This document shows, in pieces, positions 51,520 to 64,000 of a DNA stretch of 64,000 bases; position 1 is the first letter of the stretch, and every line of letters starts with the position of its first letter. The translations under genes were made by a program, and so were the position numbers. The DNA is from Octopus sinensis (Eukaryota). The notes beneath the pieces are model-generated. The model had not been told where the DNA came from. It was given only the letters and a program-made list of their open reading frames with translations, and searched no databases. Location of the stretch: contig NC_042999.1 in the NCBI RefSeq assembly GCF_006345805.1, forward strand, positions 143,716,001 to 143,780,000, written 5' to 3'.

Positions 51520-51835
51520 TTAAAATTCCAACGATGGAGATCTGCATGTTTGTTAGAGACCAGCTTCTTTCTTAAAGGAGGAATGATTAAAAATAGAAGA
51601 GAACGAACATAGATACTTACACACATAAATCTGCAGTTACTCTATCCAGATTACAAGTTCAGGTGAATACCTGTAATTATTGGGGCCCTCGGATATGTAA
51701 CACACTGCCTAAATACCAATCTTGAGAAATTAAGCTTCTCAAGAAAAGGAGAAAGCTAATTCGAAGAGTACAGATCCAACCCATCACTGGCAATGTAAAA
51801 ATCTGTAAAACTTTCCAGAAGTTTATCATTTAAAT
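51520..51835 (+). mobile_element. Second 3' fragment of the same RLE-LINE family
   Basis: NLQLLYPDYKFR*IPVIIGALGYV..TGNVKICKTF. Confidence 0.7.
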
Positions 51836-52424
51836 ATACATAAGGATACATAGATAAAACATACAAATCTACACATATATACAAAATACATACGTACATA
51901 CATACATACATACATACACGCATACATACATACATACATACATACATACAAACAGAATGCGTACCCAGATAGCAAAGGACTGAAGATAAAGTGAAACCTG
52001 AGATTCCCGTTGATAAGTCGAATGATTGAAGAAAAAGAGAGAAAATTACAATGACGACGACGACGACAACGGTGATGATGATTTTGGCAATGACTTCCGA
52101 TGACAGTGATGATGATATCGACGACACCAATAACACTGACGATGACAACGTTAATAATGATGATGAACAATGAATCTAATAATGGTTGCGTAATGATGTC
52201 ATTCATAATGCTGCCGATAGGGTTGATGTTGGTGTTGATGGTTATGCTAGTGCTTCTTAAAATATATTCGTCGAATTTACAACTGTCACTTAATCTAGTA
52301 CTGAAATGATTTTTACTATTCAGTTTTTGAGATAACACCTATCTTTAGACAAAAGTGAAAAAGTATATATAGAAATAGAAAAAAAAAAGAACATATAAAG
52401 GAAAGAGATTTTTTTATGGAAATG

Positions 52425-52712
52425 GTCACGAAATGGTTCAGTCCCACTGCGTGGCACCTTGGGCAAGTGTTTTCTACTATAACCTCGGGCCGACCAAAGC
52501 CTTGTGAGTAGATTTCGTAGACGGAAACTTAAAAGAAGCATGTCGTATATATGTATATGTATATGTGCGTGTGTGTTTGCCTCCCCCCAGCATCGCTTGA
52601 GAACCGATGGTGGTGTGCTTACGTCCCCGTAACTTGGCGGTTCGGCTTCCAAAGAATAAATGCGGTGCTCCAGCATGGCCTCAATCAAATGACTGAAACA
52701 AGTAAAAGAGAG
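52425..52712 (+). mobile_element. SINE family A, head + internal microsatellite + tail
   Basis: GGTTCAGTCCC B-box-like, ACCTTGGGCAAGTG, (TA/TG)n middle, tail GCGGTGCTCCAGCATGGCC..GACTGAAACAAGTAAAAGAG. Confidence 0.88.
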
Positions 52713-54339
52713 AGTAAATTTTAAAGTAATTGTCTGTAGCAGTTTCACTTTATATAATTTGCATTTCATATAAATTTACATGTTGCAATCTGAGGTTCAT
52801 TGAATGGTAGATCTTTAAATAACAGTGAAGTTTTATGACATTGTCTCACTCCACATGATGTTAATTATTGTTTAACCTCAAATTCTTTATTTAATACGTT
52901 CCTTTTTAAAAGAGTAGGGTAAAAATTAAGGAATATTTGGCTGTTATTTTTAGCTGATTGATTGGCCATGAACAGACTCCCTCATTGATTCACCTCTTAC
53001 ATAGCTTTTATGTACCTGGCGAAATGCCTTGGCGTACCTTGCTACTATTAATTGTATCACACGGAGCTGAATTCGACTCCGTTTCAAAGCACCTTCAGTA
53101 AGTGTCCTTTACTAAAGCATCAGGTTTAACAACACTGTAAAAGTATCGGTATTTGCGAAAATAGTTTTGTGTCGAGTTACAAAGACCCCTTTGTTACATT
53201 TGCTGGCAGAAATGTCCCACGCTAATGAGTGGGCCTTTAGAAACATGTAAGCAATGCCACTTTTTGTTTCAAATTCAAATACAGAATAAATAAATAAACA
53301 TAAAACTTCCGACACCAATTTACTAGCCATTTGAAGTCAACAGAGCTGATCATTTCTGATATCATTGAACACAAAAAGAAGTTTATGAATTGTGTATATA
53401 CTATTGTAGTTATTCAATCCCTAGTCGACTCTGGTCTGAACTTTTATAATATATTTTACTTAAGACACCTAAGTACATGTGACGGATTAAATCTACCAGC
53501 CACATAGCATCGAGTGCCAATAATTTTGTAAAAGTTTGTCGTCAAGATTATCTCTTCGCAGTTCAACAAAATAAAATTCTTGCAAATTGCACGAACGACA
53601 GAAAGCTTTGACGGACATCAAATATAGGCTATGCAAAGTTGGCGACATTAGTGACATCATCGAAAACTATCTGAATGCTGTCAGTTTATTGCATCCACAT
53701 AAAGTATGTTGTACTTGACTAAGCAATCGAAAAATAAAATAAATAAATAAATAAAAAGAAAAATAACACTCAATGAAAACAAGTATATAGACACAGACAT
53801 ATGAAGAAAATATCAGTGAAACTTAAATGAATAAACAACCAAATTAGAATGCAATGTCGCGAAAAATAATTGCACATCAATGTAATAAAAGTTTAACCAA
53901 AAGAAGACATCAAATGCACTTTTGGGTTTACAAATTAGCACTCAAAATACACCTTGAGTTTCATACTGTTGATGGAGCAGCAGGATTTGTTCAAACTTTC
54001 CTGTGTCAAAGAATCGTTGAATTTAGATTACAAGATAAAGACTGTGGTTCCAATACTTCTACGCTACAGATTACACAAGGTAACAGATTCTTTTGAAAGT
54101 TCTTGATACTTTCTCATTTTTGCATTTTTATATTGAATTTGGTATACAGAATATGAAAATCATGAGTTTTTGTATACCAACAAAGATTTGTATAATAATT
54201 ATGGAAATATAATATTTATCATAATATAATTTATTGTAATTTCAGCTGCATTGTATAATCTATTGTAGAAATCATACAATATAATATAAGCAATTATAAA
54301 TAATGCAATAAAATTGTAATAATTAAATTGGAACAATGG

Positions 54340-55960
54340 ATCAAAAACGTCAATTAGCTCAGAAGTGAAGATTGGGCAGTTGTTATCTCTTGTGATCTCT
54401 ATTTACTCGAACCAAGTCCTAAACGCAATCGTTTATCATTGCTTTATACTATCTCCTCTGAAATTGCTTCTCCATCAGTTATATATTGATGGAGCCATTC
54501 ATCATGCTCTTCTAACATGACACTAAGCTGGAAGAATTCAAAATGAGAGTGCAAATAGTGCAGTTAAAGTGACATTTTGCTTCCCATACTTTGGTTATTT
54601 TCTAGCAGTTCTACACATAAAATAATAGCTTCTCTGCTTTGATGCTGCCCAGAAACTTATTGATAACGTTCTTAAATGCATTCTGAGTTCATTTCTTTAC
54701 CAGCGTCACTTTCATATTCAGAGATTATTGGATGCAAACTTTTGCTGCATCCGTGGTTCAACAAAACCAAAAGCAGCAACTTTCGTGTCAGACAACTTGC
54801 TGTTTAATATTAAACGGAGGCAGAAGGATTTTCTTCACGAATGCATGAGCATTCAAGATGACAGCTGCAGTCTTTTTCTTTCTTTTTTTCTTGTTGCATT
54901 TCCCGTTTCATGTTTTTTTTCTATTTCTGCTATCCCACAAACACCAAGTGTAAGTTTGCTTATTATACCCATCCCCCGTACAATCTGAGCAAGAATCATG
55001 AAATCACCGCTTGTAGTCGTCATATTTTCTCTTTTTGAGTAAGATTTATAATCCAATACTTATACAAAGTAACCAGCAGAGATAGACGAATGCTGGTTGC
55101 TGTTGTGAAGCATTGCTGTTGTGAAGCATTGCTGTTGTGAAGCATTGCTGTTGTGAAGTATTGCTGTTGTGAAGCATTGCTGTTGTGAAGTATTGCTGTT
55201 GTGAAGCATTGTTTTCAGACATCTCGGAGGGATGCAAACATCTAAAAACGAATCGCTTCAAAATTATCTCTTACTTGTTCATAAAATCACAACGACTAAG
55301 AAAACAAATAAAATGGGCATGAATTGTATGCCATGTTCGGTACTTCGAAATTGTCAACTTTACTTCTTGTTGGTTCCATCAGCTCTGTACAAGATTTGGT
55401 GAGATTCATTTCTATTAGGATGCTTATTGGTTTGGGTGTCTGGATTCATTACCTGAGCACACTTCTTCCTCTTCTTGATTTTCATCTTAATCAGACGTTT
55501 CTATGCCAACTTCGTTATTTGATTTAAAAGTTGGACGAGCTGGAATCGGTTGCTGTTTGTCGTGTAACAGTGATGCGATTAAAGATGCAATATTTCTTGT
55601 AATCCTTTATAAGTGATCACCTCCACTATACAAAAATAGCAATTGTTTAGATGGTGTGAGGTTTTCATCAGACTCTGGAATAGCCGAACGGTGTACATTT
55701 TTTACTGCCACGCATCCATCTCTCTAATGTAGGTTTGCATCTTTTAAGATTACAATTTGAATCCATGGCTTGTCCTGGTTTCCAGTTGGAGTTCTGAAGT
55801 ACTTTTCATATGCGACAATAGTTGGTACTCTGCGAAATAATATATTTGACTTGTTTTGAGCCTATGTTATGTTCACATACATAACAAAATCCGTCAAGAA
55901 GCCATCATTATGCTATTTGTAATCATCATTATGCTATCTGTAACAATCAATCACAAAACA
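54340..55960 (-). mobile_element. Decayed Chapaev3-like (CMC superfamily) transposase relic
   Basis: DGFCYVC; GNQDKPW..TLERWMRGSKKCTPFG..CYFC; GYNKQTYTWCLWDSR; ILLPPFNIK; AFKNVINKFLGSIKA; LHSHFEFF. The family name comes from recalled motifs. Confidence 0.65.
55097..55208. repeat. Minisatellite, 7 x 16 bp TTGCTGTTGTGAAG(C/T)A
   Basis: Direct reading. Confidence 0.95.
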
Positions 55961-57220
55961 TAATGTAGGCCAGGAAAACAAATGTGGAGAGCTAAATATG
56001 GAAAAAAATTGCTGATTCTTCTTTTTAATTTTCTTATGCACAACCCGTACAGTTGTCAAAATACAACTTAACTAGAAAATTTGTAAAACACTGCTCTTAT
56101 ATACTGTTTACGATAGACTGTTTCAAACAATAAAAAAAATTCATCATCACATATTTATAAATACGTCAGTATATTTTCTTGAGCTTGCATGGTAGTTCAT
56201 TAACATCTTGTTAGTAACTCATTATTATATACCTCATTGTCTGCATGTATATGTCAATTCATCGGCATTAGTAATGTTTAGCATTTTATTTTTATTCTGG
56301 AAAGTTCTTCATAGAAACAGGTCGATACAAGCATAATTTCAACACAGACGCGATAGAAAATAATTCTTGGTATAACTGACAAAATATTGATACAATCATG
56401 AAACGAATGTTACTATCGTATTCAACTACTGCATATATATACAAGAAACGTAGAATAATAAAGTGAAACAATTTCGCAAAGGGTAAACTGTTGTGCAAAG
56501 GACATTGAAAAAGCCTATGTCACTTTCTTTACAATCTCGCCCTCCGGAATTGTGACTGATTAAACAAACACTAAAAACATAACGAAAACAACCTAAACCA
56601 AGTAATGTAAACATACGTTCCCAGCCATAAAGAATCCTCTCGCACGTCACTGAAAGCATCATAATAGATTAAATTGCATCTATTATGGGATCGAAGACAT
56701 TGTAGCAGTTTGTGAAACGAGTTAGTGTTGTTTCTGATGCTGAATGTGATGTGGATGATGACGATGTCACCGATGTATTACTGTATGATATGACCAAAGT
56801 TCAATGCTTTACAGTACTTTCATTTATTTTCCTCCTACCAAAGCATATATAAGGGTTGGTTCAGTTGCCATCATTGTTTAAACTAGCTTTGTGTCCAGGA
56901 AAAAGATCTATTTCAAATTTCATCCTATAATATTTTTTAAAAAGTAGTATGCTTCTCTTTTACTTTTAATCCAGAGCAATTCTGTGCTAACGTGCGTTAT
57001 TCTGAGTTCTTCACAATCGTCCTAATTGTTCTGAAATATCAACAGCGTTCATTCATATTGTACGTGGAATAAACGCAGAATTCTATATGACTCAACACAA
57101 GTAAGTCAAGAATAGGAATCTTCGAATAGTACGAGTATCCTATTTAGGCTTGAAATTCATGTCTCAAAACAGAATTTTGTGACGATATTGCTTTCCTAAT
57201 AAAAGAAAGTATCTTTTTCA

Positions 57221-57660
<440 letters not shown>

Positions 57661-58059
57661 TTAGCATAAAGATAAGAGATAGTAATAATGTCTAGCTGTA
57701 AAGACGCATGGCTGCTAAACAAGTTTTCACAACGTGCCTTGTATTTCCAAGCAACCTCCATGCTCTGAGTGCATGGTCTGGTCTGTTTGAAAATCATAAT
57801 GCTGGTCCATGAGAAGTAACGAATAAAGAAACGAGAAAAATTAGAAGGTTGATGCGAACAGTAAAAGGGTGAATAAAAACGGGAAAAGAAAACAAGAAGG
57901 AAGAAAATTATTAGAGTTACATCCTCTTTGATTGTAGGAGCCATCATTAAACTAGTTGTAAAATATTTCAACGGAGAGGTGTCCAAAGTCTACGAGACCG
58001 CTGCTCAATTTGGCGAGAGTTCCGTCCTCCAGTTCACTAAAAGAAATTTGTCCACATCT

Positions 58060-58566
58060 TTTATCTTTTATCTTTTACTTGTTTCAGTCATTTGACTGCG
58101 GTCATACTGGGGTACCGCCTTGAAAGATTTTAGTCGAGTGTATCAACCGCGCTACTTTATTTCTTTTAAAGCCTGTTACTTATTCCATTGGTCTCTTTAA
58201 CCAAACTGCTAAGTTACGGGGTTGTAAACACAGCAACACCGGTTGTCAAACGGTGATGGGAGACAAACGCAGACACAAAGACTCTCACTCACACGCACAC
58301 ACAGACACAAAGACTCTCACTCATACGCACACACAGACACAAACACAGACACAAGCACACAGACACTCACACACATACAGTCACACACACGTGCATACAT
58401 ACATACATACATACATACATACATACATACATACATACATACATACATACATACACTCACAGACACATATATATATGTATGTATGTATATATACACGATG
58501 GGCTTCTTTCAGTTTCCATCTACCAAATCCACTCATGAAGGTTTGGTTGGCTCGAGGCTATCGTAG
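58060..58566 (-). mobile_element. SINE family A with expanded CA/TACA middle
   Basis: Tail 58060-58290 and head part 58496-58566, matching 5361-5576 and 7591-7660. Confidence 0.85.
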
Positions 58567-61299
58567 GAAAAAAGTAAATATCTGCTATTCTTCTGATTTT
58601 AAAGAGATATTTTCTTGAAAAGATACTTTCTTGAAATGGTTAATTAATAAGTTGCATGAAGAAAAGCTACTTTAGAGACAAAATGTTCTGTTATACACAA
58701 GGTCGCATAGGGCATAGCTATGTCTGACCTTTCGCTAATCTGGCTATGAAATGAATTATAATAGGAAACAAAACGTTAAGCCTGTTTCTGACTTAACCTG
58801 TTAGAACACCACTGTGATCAACTAACAACACGACAACACGACAATAAGAACTGGAATTAAAATAGATATTAACCGAGAGTGTCATAAGCTATACGATTGT
58901 CTTAGAGAAGAGAATGGCACAGTATCTGACATTGTTACAAAGTAGCTAAGATTCTTGAGAATGAAGTCAGGTAACTGGAATCAGTTGCACAGAAAAACAA
59001 AGTTTCATTGTTTGAACATGAAGAATTATCTGAGATTAAATATTATCCTATTACAGATTTTCTTTCGAAATAGGTTAAAAGAAAGAAAGAAAAATTGAAA
59101 TCAGAAATCTCCAAGGAGAAAGAAATGCTGAGAAGTTGTGATCTGTAAATAAACATAGGGTATAACTGAATTAGGCGAAATTGGAACAATTATTTTGGAA
59201 TCAACGGCATCAATGTTAAATGGATATTTGTTTTATGTACAAGGCCAGCAATTTTGGAGAGACAGAGTTTACCGAAATTATCAAGCACGTTGCCTGACTG
59301 GTATTTTGTTTAATCGATCCAGAAGAGATGAAGGGAAAAGTTGTCCTTGGTACTATTTGAACACAAAATGTAAAAACTTGTCTTGCCTCTTTATTAGCAG
59401 TCGCCTCCGGTGGCAGATAAATAATTTTGATATTATCAGCAAAACATAATAACTTGTATTGGGAACTAAAATTTATTTTAGGTAACATTTTACCCGATTC
59501 AACAAACGAATAGTAAAACCCCACGGGATCTGTCAAACATTATTAAAACTAAAGAAGAAAGTAAGAAAGATGTTAGGCTTTTCATTTTTTTTTTCAATGA
59601 AAAATATTCTTTATTTTCTTTTAAACGGCCAAGATGGCAGTTTTAATTTTTCATGTTAAACTCATAACAAATGTTATTTTTTGTCTGAATACTATTAAAT
59701 TATTGTTATCAAGATGGAGACGGTGGGTGACGAATAAGGAGGATGATAGATAAACTATTTTGCAATATATATGACGTCCTTTTTAGAGCCAAAGCGCAAA
59801 GTCGGCGAACTGGAGGAAGCGCTAGTTAGATCGTGAGATGAACTACATTATGTTATTTATTCTGACTTTCTAATCTTCAGATATCAAATATTTCCTTTAT
59901 CATTCGCAGGTCAATAAATATATTACTAGTTTAGAGAAGTTGGCTGGGAGAATCGCTAGAGCGTCAGGTAGGATGCCTTGCAGCATTTGTCCGACTCTTT
60001 GCGTTGTGTGATCGACTCCCGCTGTAACCAAGTTGCTAGACTTAATCCATCTCTCGGCTTCATACCAAAATCTGGTACTTGTGTTGTATTTGTGGAAAAC
60101 ACTTTCTTACAAATACTCGAGCCGGGTTTCTGATTTAAGGATACCTTTTCACCATCTCAGAGGCCCAGAAAAGGGTTATGGGCCCCTGAGAGGGTTAGAA
60201 GCAATAAAACGAACTAAGTGACAAAAATCTGTATTGTCTTTCATCATCATGCTATTGAAGCCAAATCATTTTAATTGTCTCTTATTGAAGCCAAATCATT
60301 CTAAGGCTTGACGTTTAATGTCATTATAATGTAGCACACCAGTTGTTGAATTTATTGAATAATTGAAACAAATTGCAATGCTTAAAACAGTAGAATATAT
60401 TGATACTTCTCACTCATAAAATCTATTTACATAAGCATAAAAACAAATCCTCATTTTCCTTATCAAATTGGGGTCATTGGTCAACGTACAGAAAAATAGC
60501 TAAACTAAGAAAGAAATATGAAGGAATTTAACAGATTTTACTAATGTTAAGAATGTATGTGTATATGTAAAGTGAGACAATTTATAATTGCAAGAATTAA
60601 AGGAAATTTCCTCTACAGTATGATGAATAGTTTTACTGAATAAGAGGCTAATTTTGGGAATAAAACAATCTCTAATTAATTTCTGTAATGATCTCTGCAT
60701 CAATGCACATTTTAAATAGCTTTCTTCTCCAAGTTTCCTTATATCCTACAGGCTTTTGTTCTGCAGAAGACAAAAGCTCCAACTTTAAATTTCGGTAAGG
60801 TGGGTATTACATTATTCGGATCATTTGAAATGACACACTAGTCATAAATATTACTCCTTTTTTTTTTCATTTATATACTGCGTTTGATGTTAGTATTAGA
60901 TTCACCAATAAATCGAAAATTTCGCGCAGCGGTTTGTATTGAAATTATTATCATTCAGTATTGAGATCATAAATTATAATTTCTGATTTCATACAGCAAC
61001 ATAGTAATTTGAATACAAATTCTACTGTATCTATATAAATAATTATTGATATGGATGTACAATAAACCATTGTTCAAAGCTGAATCTATATTGAAAACCT
61101 CGCAAGTTGTTTCGCAATAAAGGAATTTTTCCTTATATCGTAAATTCAATTTATTTATCTGGATGCAATGTAGAGCTCAAGCAAAATGTGCCTTTATGCT
61201 TAAAATGTCGTTTAAAATATCATGAACCCACCCATTTTCAGTCAAAGAATCACCAACAATACTTTGCTAGAGCTACCCCAGCTGAAGTATTATGCTTTT

Positions 61300-61335
<36 letters not shown>

Positions 61336-62382
61336 TTGTGTATATGGTTGCGCTTGTGCGCGTGTATGTGTATGTGATCGTGTGTATGGTTGCGTTCGTG
61401 AATGTGTTTGCGTATGCATATGTAACTTCACGTTGTAGAACGAAGTTTCATTTATGATTTATATATACTCCATAAAAAGTTAGACAAAATTTTTTCTATT
61501 CGTTTTTTATTTTTTCAAAATCAATTTATACTCTTAGGCTTATAGCTAACAATTCTTAATCTTTTAGTTTTGCTGTCATATTCTATATTTACATGTTGTA
61601 GGTTTTAGCCTCACGAAACAAGTAATTTAGACGACAAAGAACCTTTCTGACTGTCGTAACCACCAGACCGCTATCTCCATAAATGGAGTGGTTTCTATCG
61701 CGGTTATTCAAAGTGCGTATCACGCTCATCCCAATACAGCTGGATTGCAGTCGTCAACTAATAAAACTACACAAACTTCCTCAAGACACGCTCATGGAGT
61801 TATGTGGACGATACTCATTCTGAAGAATAGACCACGAAAATCCACAAGGCACTGAATGTCTTTTATATTACATTACCAAACAGTTTAATATTGAATAACT
61901 AATGGCATACTGTCCCCCAAGTCTGCTCGACTTCTCCACGTCCATTTCCTCAACGCGAACGCAGTTCTAGTTCTACGAGATGGAAGCTAAAAAATCGTTT
62001 TTACACCTAAATTCTACATATCCAATCATAGTCGCCGGGAGAAAAATGAATAGATCAGCAAAGGTTGGATCTGTATCAACTCCTATCTACGGAGAAGAGT
62101 TAGCGAATTGATTAATGTGTGAACTTGTCGTCAGAATAACTCTGAGACAATGCCTGTCGCCTGGCCAGGAGATTAACACTAAAAAAAAAAAAGGAAGCCT
62201 ACTCTCTTGCTTGCCGTTCAACCAGCGTAGAGAACAAGCAACTAGACTCTTTAAACAACAATATTGTTTACAATTATAGAAAAATCTGAGAATCGAAATC
62301 AATGTTTACAAATGGTGAAACAATTTATAGATATGAGTGTTGTATTAATAACATAAATAATCATCCTGCAAATTAAAAACAT

Positions 62383-62570
<188 letters not shown>

Positions 62571-63654
62571 GCATACATGTAGCATGATATCATTTTCTAA
62601 TAAAGTACTCTTTCGCAATATCTATAATCCAATATATTACTGCTCCAATTTATCTCACTTTTACGAAATCTTTTGCTAACATGCAATACAAGAAAAAACT
62701 ATTATCTTTGTATTTGAGAGATAATTATTCCTGTTAGTAATATGATGTTCATTTCAGTTAGTTGATTCACAATTATTTTAACGTTAATTCCAGTTAGTAG
62801 AGCTCTTTAAGTAATATTTTTTTAATGAGCAAAAAGATCGGAACAATCTTCTAGATAATTTTGTATTTTCTCATTACTTTGCAGTGATAATATGTTTCAC
62901 CGATTTTAATAAACAAGTAATTTCTGTTAAGATCTCTATTTTGCTCTCCGCTGATATCAGCGTCAGACAAGTTAGTTTACTACTGGGAGAGCAAGAGGTG
63001 AAGCATATGTCCAGAGAATATCTAAATATTTATATCATGATCTTATTTTCTCGTGACATTACATTTTAACATTATCGCTCTAAACATGAATTTATTTCAT
63101 ATATATCATAATCCTTGCGAAAAATGTATTTTTGTTATATTTGCAATATTTATATAATCATTATAATGCTCATTTCAGTAAATTGATTTTAAAGTATTTC
63201 GGCTATCACTGCACTTTCTTTTTGTATTTTTCAAACAGAAATACAAAAACCACGAATATATAGTCAGTGTGCAATTTAGTGTATACTTAGTATATATTTA
63301 GTAGATAATGAACTTTATGTATATGACATGATTATATAAAACGGAAAAGAATAAATTTTATGAGCAACATAATACAGTCATCACGAGTATCTAGTGTAAG
63401 TCAAACATTTTTTGTTGGCAAACTTAATTCACGAGTGGGTGCTAATTTATTCGGTATACACGAATGAACTCGAATGTCTCATCTTTCATTTTGCAGAGAA
63501 TTTGATGCTTTCTACTAACAGTCAGATAATCTCAAAACAACTTGGATGCATCCAAGTTTTGAAAATGGTTACCGTTTTCTCAGAATGAGGACATCCTGGT
63601 ATAAGTGTTTTTTTTATATATATACAGATAAGGTATATATATATAATTTTGATT

Positions 63655-64000
63655 TTGATTTTTGATTTTTCCAGTTTCAGCTTATGAGCTGTGGCCATGC
63701 TGGGGCACCGCCATTTGGTGTTGCTACTTGGTTTCACTTCATGAAGGCTTTCTAGCAGCTGCTATTTGGTGCATGAGAGAGTTCGATGCAGCTGCCCTCA
63801 TCTGCCCCTCCTGCCGTGAAGTTGGTTCATCTGGGACACCTGACAGGAAGAGATCCAGCTTCATTTTAAAGACATCTGTATCCACCCCATGCAGGTCTCT
63901 CAGGTTCTTCGGGAGGATATTGAAGAGCTGTGGGCCTCGGAAGCCCAGGCTATCACAGAATCTTGTCCTACATCTTGATGGCAAGTTTGGAGTCCTAGGC
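63655..64000 (-). mobile_element. CR1-clade LINE 3' end (runs off the window)
   Basis: SLGFRGPQLFNILPKNLR..VFKMKLDLFLSGVPDEP..RAAASNSL, then a short 3' UTR and (TTTGA/TTTTGA)n-like tail. Confidence 0.85.

Noticed and set aside
55097-55208. CRISPR-like array
   Set aside because: The repeats are contiguous with no spacers, and the context is eukaryotic.
61620-62240. Possible RTE LINE 3' relic
   Set aside because: Only vague similarity; no diagnostic motif.
63521-63597. Exon encoding WW-like TTWMHP
   Set aside because: The motif comes from a DNA palindrome and reads the same on the minus strand; the donor is weak and no adjoining exon fits the phase.

Overview
AT-rich, microsatellite-dense eukaryotic DNA. 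The repeat style strongly resembles an octopod cephalopod genome; this is inference, since no search was run. I found no convincing host protein-coding gene. The window is a mosaic of transposon copies and relics: many R4/Dong-type RLE LINE pieces, CR1 and L1/Tx1 fragments, two tRNA-derived SINE families, mariner, hAT and Chapaev3-like transposase relics, and Penelope-like (GIY-YIG) elements. The main hidden signal is a set of six type I hammerhead ribozyme folds, plus one half-ribozyme, in unrelated short retro-units. One (48347-48397) has the rare compensated G3-C8 core and sits in a 264-bp insertion with a 12-bp TSD. Two have long stem II extensions and lie 3' of RT-less GIY-YIG units that both start at almost the same codon next to (TA)n. 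Two ~80-bp fold-back inversions are nucleated inside ribozyme folds. Other points: a three-level nested insertion, (AAT)n-linked trains of Dong LINEs with an uncharacterised ~570-bp non-coding element, and a CR1/SINE shared 3' tail. All folds and translations were done by eye. Family names come from recalled motifs, and most boundaries are approximate to tens of bp.
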